Below the pieces are notes generated by a model. The model searched no databases, was not told the DNA's origin, and saw only the letters and a list, made by a program, of their open reading frames with translations. A DNA stretch of 64,000 bases from Bacteroidales bacterium (lineage in GTDB: Bacteria > Bacteroidota > Bacteroidia > Bacteroidales > UBA3824). Where the stretch lies: assembly GCA_017417315.1 (NCBI GenBank), contig JAFPZK010000068.1, forward strand, positions 5,104-69,103, read 5' to 3'. Made by a program: the position numbers and the translations under genes. Shown here piece after piece: positions 18,653-26,013 of the stretch (within the stretch, counting starts at the first letter, position 1; every line of letters begins with the position of its first letter).

Positions 18653-21157
18653 TTACCTCAATAATCCTTGTGGCAATCCGCCTGCGTCAGGATTTGACAT
18701 TTGTTCGATAATTTGTCGCATTATAGGTTTAAGTTTCTCTACTGATGGGTTGGTTTCGGCAATTTCTGCTGCTTGATTAACGAGTTGGCGTGCACGGGTG
18801 CGGTTTTTCCAATCGATGGAATCGAAGTTGTTGTAGAAATGTTCTGTGAATGCCATCAAGTGGTGGATTTCGGTCAAATGGAAGAATAAACCTTTGATTT
18901 TCTTCAACAACTCCCGACCAAGTTCAATATCTTTTGAGCGAATTATTTTGTCAGTCTGTGTGCGGAGTGCGTTGACAGCCTGATGTGTCTTATCATCGCC
19001 GAGGTCTGAATCCGCTTTTTCAAGACGTTCAAACTCCTCACGAATTTCGTTTTCAAGACGTTCCCATTCTGTGCCGGCATCTTCGTCTTCTATCTTGCGG
19101 AGAACCTCTTTCAAGTGCTGCAAGACAGCCTTTTTCTCTTGTGAGTTTTTGTGGTCTTCTTTTACAGCGTCAAGTTCTCGTTGCAGTTTTGATGTATCAA
19201 TTGACGAATCAGACAAACGGTCGATGTCCCTTTGCGCTGTCTTTATCATCTTGGGAATTTGTTTTTCCGCCTCTACATTGCTCTGTTTCTTGCTTGTGTC
19301 AAGTTGCTTGGTTACTGTGAAATCTTCTGACGGAAAATAGATTTCCAATGTCATTTGCTCCGATGAATCCACTTTGATTGTTATATCTACGGGACTATTT
19401 TCGGGAATGAGAGATTCAATTTCGTCGCCGGTAACAATTACATCGGCAACATATTCGTATAAGTCGGCAGAACGTCCGCTTTCAGGTTCGTCTTCACACT
19501 GATAAACAGGCACTTTGAGAATGTCGCTTTCCATTCCCGGACGAAGTTGTTGCGTGGTTTTCAGTCCGTTGATTACACCCACTGCGGGAACAGGTTTGTT
19601 TTTCTCCAAACCTTTGGCTTCACGAAAAACCGCTTTTTGCTTGTTGTCGCTCCAAACTGCGATGCCGATGTTGTAGGGCAATGGTGCGGCACCAACTTTT
19701 GAGCCTTGAATGATTGTGATTTCGGACGGGAAACACGGAAGTTGGTCGCCTTTGGAGTTATAGACGTTGATTGTGAATGCGTTTGTCTTGCCTTCCAAAA
19801 GGTTGGCTTCTATTACGTTGCCCATCTCGTTGATTTCCGTTTTACCACTCGACCAAGCGTTGTCGCTGCGCACAAACTCCACCGTTACTTTCTCGGGACA
19901 AGTTGCGCCTGATGCTTTGCGGTCGAGTTTCACGCTTACCCATTCCGACTGCTCAACAGATGTAGATTCATAGCCAACTTCGAGTTTGATAGTGCCAACT
20001 TCAATGTCCTCTGCTTTTACGTCGTTGTCGAGGGTTGAGGCGTAGAGTGCCGCACCTGTGGCAACCGCCGTCATCGGGTCTATGCTTGTGTCAACGTTGG
20101 GCGTTACCTGCTCGCGCAACATTTGACGGATTAGCGGCGAATGTGTTGGACCTCCGACAAGAATCAATTTGTTCAAGTCGTTGCTTGTGAGGTTGTTTTT
20201 CTTCAAAAGGTCTTTGCAGATGTCAACCGCCTTTTGGAAAATCGGGCGCATTGCGTCGAAAACTTGGGCTTGCGTAACGCTGAGGTCAAGTTCGATTTCC
20301 TCGCCTTCGTCGTCTTCGCCAAGGTCGCCGAGGTTTGAGAGAATGTCCTCTTTGTCCTTGAACGACAGTTGGTTCTTGACATCTTCGGCGTATGTTTTCA
20401 TTGCATCGCGAAGAACTGCGCTTTTCTCCTTGTCGGACAGAATGTCGTCGATGGAATAGTTGTCTTTGAGATATGGAATGATGATTTTTTCAACTATTGC
20501 AGCATCAAGGTCTTTGCCACCGAGGTAGTTGTCGCCCGCAGTGTCAAATACCTGCATAATGCCGTCCTCAACCCTCAGCAATGCTGCATCAAACGTACCA
20601 CCGCCAAAGTCGAAAACCATCCAAATTCCGTTTTTCTGCTCACTTGTGAGTCCGTAAGCAAATGATGCTGCAATAGGCTCTTGCAGAAGTTCGCAACGGT
20701 CGAAACCTGCCATTTTTGCGGCTTCGATGGTTGCTGTTTTCTGATTGACAGTGAATTTTGCAGGCACAGTGATTACTACCGAACGGAACGTTTCGTCAGT
20801 AACAAACGATTTCAAAGTCTTCAATACTTCTGCTGAAAGTTCTTCCGAAGAGAAATCTTTGTTGATATTTGCGCAATGGTATTTTGTGTCAGTCGCCATT
20901 GTGCGTTTGAACTCGATGTAGGTGTTGGAATCTTCTTTTTTCCAACTTTTTGTTGCACGACGTTTGTCGGATTTCATTGTGTTGTATGCTCCATCGCCAA
21001 CTTTTATGCTGCCTTTTTTGTTAATAGAAACACAAGAAGGCAGAGTGTCTTTTAGGGTATCGGATTTGATAACAACCGGTTCACCCTTTTCCATTCGGCA
21101 AATAGACGAGTTGGTTGTGCCAAGGTCGATGCCGTAGTCTATTTTGATTCTTGCCAT
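18653..21157 (-). CDS. atypical long Hsp70-family ATPase
   Basis: 834 aa with IDLGTTNSSI, VFDFGGGTFDAALL and ILVGGPTHSPLIRQML. An SBD-beta-like segment starts near APLPYNIGIAVW, preceded by a ~115-aa extra segment. The C-terminus is a long helical tail. Confidence 0.9.
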   Translation of the reverse strand: MARIKIDYGIDLGTTNSSICRMEKGEPVVIKSDTLKDTLPSCVSINKKGSIKVGDGAYNTMKSDKRRATKSWKKEDSNTYIEFKRTMATDTKYHCANINKDFSSEELSAEVLKTLKSFVTDETFRSVVITVPAKFTVNQKTATIEAAKMAGFDRCELLQEPIAASFAYGLTSEQKNGIWMVFDFGGGTFDAALLRVEDGIMQVFDTAGDNYLGGKDLDAAIVEKIIIPYLKDNYSIDDILSDKEKSAVLRDAMKTYAEDVKNQLSFKDKEDILSNLGDLGEDDEGEEIELDLSVTQAQVFDAMRPIFQKAVDICKDLLKKNNLTSNDLNKLILVGGPTHSPLIRQMLREQVTPNVDTSIDPMTAVATGAALYASTLDNDVKAEDIEVGTIKLEVGYESTSVEQSEWVSVKLDRKASGATCPEKVTVEFVRSDNAWSSGKTEINEMGNVIEANLLEGKTNAFTINVYNSKGDQLPCFPSEITIIQGSKVGAAPLPYNIGIAVWSDNKQKAVFREAKGLEKNKPVPAVGVINGLKTTQQLRPGMESDILKVPVYQCEDEPESGRSADLYEYVADVIVTGDEIESLIPENSPVDITIKVDSSEQMTLEIYFPSEDFTVTKQLDTSKKQSNVEAEKQIPKMIKTAQRDIDRLSDSSIDTSKLQRELDAVKEDHKNSQEKKAVLQHLKEVLRKIEDEDAGTEWERLENEIREEFERLEKADSDLGDDKTHQAVNALRTQTDKIIRSKDIELGRELLKKIKGLFFHLTEIHHLMAFTEHFYNNFDSIDWKNRTRARQLVNQAAEIAETNPSVEKLKPIMRQIIEQMSNPDAGGLPQGLLR

Positions 21158-21168
21158 ATATAATAGGT

Positions 21169-22086
21169 TTAAATGTTTTGACTTACTGTAATTTGTGCTG
21201 ATTGAATCATTTTGCCGTTATAATTAATCTGCGGCTTTGTGATTCCTGTTATCTTTTGTTCACCGTCGGCGAGTGATTCGTCCGAAACGAAGTTCGCAGT
21301 TACTTTCATTCCCTCGTTGTATGGCTTATTCAGCATATCCACAATTTCGTATCCATTTGCCATAAAATTGGCTCTGATGCGCTCAACGGCTTTTGAGAGT
21401 TGTTTATAACCCTTTACCGACGAATCCATTTTTGAAAGGTTGGTTTCGATGCGGATGATTTCGTCAGCAACTTTCAATGCCAGCGAATGGTCGGGTTCGC
21501 TTGATTTGCTTTCGGTAACAATTGGTTGGCTTGTCATCTGTTTTTCAAGCAATTCGATTAATTTATTGTCGAGTTTTACCGATTCTTCCTGCATTGATTT
21601 CTGGACGTTTTCGAGGCTCTTTTGAGCCGATTTGATTTTGTCGATGTCAGAATCTTTGCTGCCAATTTTGTTTTTCAGAACCAAATAGACAACCACGAGA
21701 AGTATCACCGCCACAATGATGCCGATGATGGCAATTAGTTTGTTGGCGGAGATTGATTGGTTCAACGACTCTGCCGTTTGGCTGATTTTGGAATCTGTTT
21801 CACCAATTTTTGTTGTGATGGTGGATTCCAAAGCCGATGATTTCTCATTGAGAGAAGTTTCCAATTCGGTAGCCTTTATGCCCAACTGCTGCTCCAACGC
21901 TTCAATTTTTGCGTTTTGGATAGCGATAGTCTGGTTCTGCTGATTTTGGATTTTCTGCAAATCGTTTACACGGTTGCTTAAATTCGCAAAGTCTGTTTCG
22001 AGATTCTTTATTCTTATAGAATCCGATGTCTGTGCCGAAACCGAAAGCGACAGACAAGCGAGAATGATTAGTAGAATGTTTTTCAT
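21169..22086 (-). CDS. membrane-spanning GrpE-like protein (putative nucleotide-exchange factor)
   Basis: Signal peptide MKNILLIILACLSLSVSAQ, a ~100-aa Q/N/E-rich coiled coil, and TM helix LIAIIGIIVAVILLVVVYLVL. The C-terminal NGYEIVDMLNKPYNEGMKVTANFVSDESLADGEQKITGITKPQINYNGKMIQSAQITV aligns by eye with the E. coli GrpE beta-domain ([51 protein letters not shown]). Confidence 0.55.
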   Translation of the reverse strand: MKNILLIILACLSLSVSAQTSDSIRIKNLETDFANLSNRVNDLQKIQNQQNQTIAIQNAKIEALEQQLGIKATELETSLNEKSSALESTITTKIGETDSKISQTAESLNQSISANKLIAIIGIIVAVILLVVVYLVLKNKIGSKDSDIDKIKSAQKSLENVQKSMQEESVKLDNKLIELLEKQMTSQPIVTESKSSEPDHSLALKVADEIIRIETNLSKMDSSVKGYKQLSKAVERIRANFMANGYEIVDMLNKPYNEGMKVTANFVSDESLADGEQKITGITKPQINYNGKMIQSAQITVSQNI

Positions 22087-22089
22087 ATT

Positions 22090-23874
22090 TTATGAGTTCA
22101 TTTTTTTTATTATCCAATTGATGATGTGCATAGAGATATAGTTCAAAGGAAATAACCACATACCGATACCACCAACCAAAAATATACTTCCCTCTTTATT
22201 TGCCACCGAAATTATTGCCCATATAATTTCCACAATAATTATAGCCGCAACATAATGATCTTCTTCATCATAAGAACGTGAAGATGAACTGCTTGAAGAA
22301 GACGAACTACCTGAATAATAGTTGCTTGATGATGAGTAACTACTACTCAAACTGCTTGTTGCCGTTGACGGTTTCGGTGTAGAAACCGCTGCCGCTGTTC
22401 TAATTCTCGGTATTGTTGTTGTTCTTGTAGAAGAAGAAGTTGTTGATGTTGTAGTACGAGTTATCGGCTTGTACGTGGAAATATTCAAATCCTCACACAT
22501 TGATTTCAAGGCACTTCTATTCTCATTATAATGCGATTTGAAATCAGATTCAATATCATAATCGTCCATAGATAATGTGACATTCCACGCCGCACGCAAT
22601 GTAGTTTTGAGTTTTTCAACAATACGATTGCGGTCGTAAGAACTGAAACATGACTCTATTTCATCGTGTGCATTTTCTTGTGCCTCGTTGACGTCGCCCA
22701 CAACCATTCGCATTGCAACCGACACCACAATTGTGGACAGTTTAAGATAGTGGTCGTTGGTGCTGCCAAGTTTTGTTTTGATTGCCTGAATGTGAGGTTT
22801 GCAATTATTAAGTAGCGAATCTGCGGTTGAAATTGACGGCGATTTTTTGATAATCTTCTCAATTTCTGCCATTACTGCTTTATGTTCTTTGCGCACTTCT
22901 TTCGGTGGTAATTCAGCAATAATCTTTTCCAAGACTTTGAGAGTGTCCTTGCACCTGTCTTTCGCCATTTCACCCATAACGATTTTCGATGCTTCCTTTT
23001 GCAATGTCATCGCATTCTCCGCTGCAACATCGTGGTCGGAATTGTTATAGTAGTTTATTGCGCATTGAAGAATCTGCAAGCCAAGTTTGTCGGCGACGGA
23101 TTCAAGTTGCATATCGCCCGACGGGAGTAATTTTTTGAGTTCGGCAAAATCTTTTTTTGTTGAATTTTGCAATTTAATTCCTGCGCTGAGATTTGCGTTT
23201 GCATCGTCGCTATCCACATCTTTCGCCACTTTTATCGCCGCATTGATTCTGTCAATCAACGGTTTTACAGTCTTGCTACCAAGATAATCTTTCCAATCGT
23301 CCGAGAAAACAATGTCGTAAATTCTTTTCGGCTCGTATTCGGCGCATAGTGTGTCAATAAACGAATGAATCAAATCGTCTTTGTCCAAATTGAGAGTGCC
23401 GGTTGTGTCGGCAGCTTTCAAGAAATCGTCGCTGAATTGGTCGTACAAATCCTCAGCTGTATTGACGGCCTGGTCGAAATTGTTCGTGATGAAATTGGTA
23501 ACAACCTTGTTTTGGAGCGATGAAACACAGTTTTTCTTGTCCCATATCTCAATGGCTTGTTGCCAATTACCGGCATAGAGATGGTTGAAAGCGACATCGT
23601 CGAGCGGTGTCATCTTCAAAAACCAAAACTGAGCGTACTTCAATTGCTCTTTTGCGATTGTCAGATGTGCGGTTGCCTGACTAAATGTATCTACCGTCCT
23701 ATTGACGTGCGGCATAAGAGCCTTCAAGTCCAACGGATATTCTACCGCCCTGCCCACTTTCAAAAAGGCGTTTGCCTTGCCTTGGTTGGCGACAATCTCC
23801 TTTTTTGACGAGTTTGCAAAAACGCCGAGAATCCTGAACGGGTTGTCTAAAACTATTTTCGGGATACTGTTCAT
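22090..23874 (-). CDS. J-domain-like protein lacking HPD, with Ser/Thr-rich linker and C-terminal TM hairpin
   Basis: The N-terminus NPFRILGVFANSSKKEIVANQGKANAFLKVG resembles J-domain helices I/II (YEILGV..A...EIKKAYRKLA), but no HPD follows. A ~400-aa helical region follows, then a low-complexity S/T stretch (aa ~472-540) and two hydrophobic helices at the C-terminus. Confidence 0.5.
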   Translation of the reverse strand: MNSIPKIVLDNPFRILGVFANSSKKEIVANQGKANAFLKVGRAVEYPLDLKALMPHVNRTVDTFSQATAHLTIAKEQLKYAQFWFLKMTPLDDVAFNHLYAGNWQQAIEIWDKKNCVSSLQNKVVTNFITNNFDQAVNTAEDLYDQFSDDFLKAADTTGTLNLDKDDLIHSFIDTLCAEYEPKRIYDIVFSDDWKDYLGSKTVKPLIDRINAAIKVAKDVDSDDANANLSAGIKLQNSTKKDFAELKKLLPSGDMQLESVADKLGLQILQCAINYYNNSDHDVAAENAMTLQKEASKIVMGEMAKDRCKDTLKVLEKIIAELPPKEVRKEHKAVMAEIEKIIKKSPSISTADSLLNNCKPHIQAIKTKLGSTNDHYLKLSTIVVSVAMRMVVGDVNEAQENAHDEIESCFSSYDRNRIVEKLKTTLRAAWNVTLSMDDYDIESDFKSHYNENRSALKSMCEDLNISTYKPITRTTTSTTSSSTRTTTIPRIRTAAAVSTPKPSTATSSLSSSYSSSSNYYSGSSSSSSSSSSRSYDEEDHYVAAIIIVEIIWAIISVANKEGSIFLVGGIGMWLFPLNYISMHIINWIIKKMNS

Positions 23875-24134
23875 TGCTTTTGTACTTTTCCTCTTAGTGT
23901 CATAACCTCAAAAAGGTTACACACTTTTACCAAAAAAATTTTGTGTAAAGGTAGTTCGCGTAAATATTTTATACAAAAAATTGCGTATCAAGTTTTTACA
24001 CAAAATGTATCAAAATTTCTGACAAAACGTATAACAATTTTGGACACTATTATCATTTATTATCAAACTCTGTCCAAATCCCGAAACAGAAAAGTTAATT
24101 ATATTTTACTTTTTAGCTATACAAAATAAAAAAC

Positions 24135-24417
24135 GTGGGATTGTACTGTTCACTCGTCCCACTCTCAGAGGCCTTGGCCTGCCCATCCCGTCAGAACGAG
24201 CAACACCGAAGCCCACGCAATACGTATATACAACAAACCCTTCTCAGAGTTTGAGATAATACATAACCCGCAGGCATTACCGTGTTGCTTTGTTATTTGA
24301 CGGGATTGAAACGGCCAAGTTTCTGAGAGTCAAAATGACAAAGCGTAAAGTAACGCCTCTTAATTTGTACAAATCGCTGCCACCCTTCCGCCCGTGTGGG
24401 CTTCGGAAGCAACACGG
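24135..24417 (+). other. candidate structured RNA, or MITE-like / invertible inverted-repeat element
   Basis: A rod of three stacked helices is present: 24161-24179/24313-24330, 24185-24193/24298-24306 and 24195-24206/24282-24294. This gives about 38 bp including 3 G-T pairs that only work on the + strand. In addition, 24206-24218 is complementary to 24394-24406, and 24280-24290 is complementary to 24407-24417. Confidence 0.35.
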
Positions 24418-24486
24418 CAAATATAATAAAGATTTCTTAACGATAAACACTGAAAGCAAAAAAAATTTTTCTTCATCCTCATAAAT

Positions 24487-24630
24487 AAAGTTTCCAATAT
24501 TGTTTTTTTTACAAAAATAAAGTTTCCAATATTGTTTTTGCCATAAAAATAAAGTTTCAAATATTGTTTTTTAGTAAAAAAAAAAGTTTCTAATATTGAA
24601 AAAAACAATAAAAAAAAGTTTGGAATATTG
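24487..24630 (+). repeat. five direct repeats AAAGTTTCCAATATTG (core palindrome CAATATTG) at exactly 32-bp spacing
   Basis: Copies start at 24487, 24519, 24551, 24583 and 24615, with A/T-rich spacers. The array ends 11 bp before the -7 box of the 24674 gene. Confidence 0.85.
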
Positions 24631-24640
24631 ATTTTTTCAC

Positions 24641-24648
24641 TAACTTTG
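24641..24648 (+). promoter_or_regulatory. -7 box TAacTTTG
   Basis: Lies 26 nt upstream of ATG 24674. Confidence 0.4.
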
Positions 24649-24673
24649 CAGCGTCAACCAATACACAAACGCT

Positions 24674-25882
24674 ATGGAAAACGCAACAATAGAAACCTTG
24701 TACGAAATATCAGAGAGACTTGTAAAGGCGACGAAGACCGACTTTATAAGATATTTGTACAACGAAATAAACTGGAACAACAATCTCATCGGCATCAAAG
24801 GTGCGAGAGGCGTAGGAAAAACGACGCTGATGTTGCAATACATCAAGCAAAACTTCAAAAACGACCTCTCGAAGGCTCTCTATGTGTCGCTCGACAACCT
24901 TTGGTTTGCCAATCATACTTTGTCGCAAGTGGTTGATTATCACTACAAAAACGGCGGCACTCACATTTTTATTGACGAAATACACAAGTACCCCAATTGG
25001 CAGACGCTCCTGAAAAACATCGTGGACGAATACCCCGGATTCAACGTCGTTTATACAGGCTCGTCGATGTTGAAGATAGACTACCACAAGGGCGACTTGT
25101 CGAGAAGGCAGATTGTCTATACGCTCAAAGGTCTGTCGTTCAGGGAGTTCCTTGAATACGAAACGCAACAGAAATTCCCCGCGCTGACCCTTGAACAACT
25201 GTTGCAGACACATTCGGAGGTGGCGTTGCAACTGACTGAAAAACTGAAAATTCTGCCGCTTTTCGACAAATACCTGAAATGCGGGTATTATCCGTTTTAC
25301 AAAAAAGACACGGCGGGATTCGGTATGAGGTTGCAAGGCACAATCCTGAGCATTCTCAACGAGGATATGCCATACGTGGAGGACATCAGTCAGGCGACCA
25401 AAATGAAAATTATGAGGATGCTGATGATTATCGCCGAAAACGTGCCGCAGACGCCCAAAATGTCGGACCTCTACGCCGCACTCGAAACAAGCAGGGAACA
25501 GGGGCTCAAAATGTTGTCGCTTTTGGAAAGTGCCGACCTGCTGACCACGTTGTCGGCTGTCACCAAAAACTTCAAGTATATGTCGAAGCCCGACAAGATT
25601 TACCTCAACAACCCCAACTTGATGTACGCGCTCACGCCAAACGCCAACAGGGGCACGCTGCGTGAGACGTTTTTCCTCAACCAAATGTCTTACGTCGGCG
25701 AGGTCAACTATCCCAAGCAAGGCGACTTCCTCGTCAATCAAAAGTACCTCTTTGAGGTGGGCGGCCACAAGAAGACTTTCGACCAAATCAAGGACATACC
25801 CGAAAGTTTCCTCGCCGTCGATGACATCGAGACGGGAAGACGGAATCGGATACCGCTGTATATGTTTGGGATGATGTATTGA
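24674..25882 (+). CDS. ATPase of the AAA_14 + DUF4143 type
   Basis: 402 aa with P-loop GIKGARGVGKTT and Walker B IFIDEIH. The C-terminal half is of the DUF4143 kind, common in Bacteroidales. Confidence 0.8.
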   Translation: MENATIETLYEISERLVKATKTDFIRYLYNEINWNNNLIGIKGARGVGKTTLMLQYIKQNFKNDLSKALYVSLDNLWFANHTLSQVVDYHYKNGGTHIFIDEIHKYPNWQTLLKNIVDEYPGFNVVYTGSSMLKIDYHKGDLSRRQIVYTLKGLSFREFLEYETQQKFPALTLEQLLQTHSEVALQLTEKLKILPLFDKYLKCGYYPFYKKDTAGFGMRLQGTILSILNEDMPYVEDISQATKMKIMRMLMIIAENVPQTPKMSDLYAALETSREQGLKMLSLLESADLLTTLSAVTKNFKYMSKPDKIYLNNPNLMYALTPNANRGTLRETFFLNQMSYVGEVNYPKQGDFLVNQKYLFEVGGHKKTFDQIKDIPESFLAVDDIETGRRNRIPLYMFGMMY

Positions 25883-25979
25883 GAAGCATACGAAGTCGGA
25901 GAGATTAATCACTCCGACTTCCTTTCTTTATGGTGCAAACATTTTCAATCAAAAGATTATATTTTTCAGGAATTTTTTT

Positions 25980-25987
25980 TACCTTTG
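25980..25987 (+). promoter_or_regulatory. -7 box TAccTTTG
   Basis: Lies 27 nt upstream of ATG 26014. Confidence 0.4.
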
Positions 25988-26013
25988 CCATCACAACAAA
26001 AAATTCACCCGCT

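Noticed and set aside
22254-22461. Ser/Thr-rich low-complexity coding stretch, considered as a possible slippage-prone contingency repeat.
   Set aside because: At the DNA level it is not a perfect micro- or minisatellite, because codons vary (tct/tca/agt/act/aca...). There is no evidence for phase variation. It is treated as a protein linker.
24335-24484. A Lys/Arg-rich 49-codon ORF (MTKRKVTPLNLYKSLPPFRPCGLRKQHGKYNKDF...) inside the structured intergenic element.
   Set aside because: It overlaps strong inverted repeats that explain the sequence better, and there is no recognisable promoter spacing. It cannot be excluded as a small protein, but there is no positive evidence.
24487-24630. Whether the five regularly spaced repeats are a CRISPR array or a type III toxin-antitoxin RNA array.
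   Set aside because: The conserved units are only 16 nt, with 16-nt A/T-rich, partly conserved spacers. This is far shorter than CRISPR repeats and spacers, and no cas genes are present. Type III antitoxin arrays are full-length identical ~34-36-nt units followed by a terminator and a ToxN/AbiQ-like gene. Here the downstream gene is a P-loop ATPase and the units are only partly conserved.
24710-25912. A 400-aa stop-free ORF on the minus strand, exactly antisense to the 24674-25882 ATPase gene.
   Set aside because: The sense ORF has clear P-loop/Walker B motifs and a promoter. The antisense product is low-complexity (V/L/R/H/E-rich) with no motif. This is the typical shadow ORF of a relatively GC-rich coding segment. 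The same reasoning applies to 39179-39694, 9127-9834, 26346-26762, 26944-27345 and 45756-46157.
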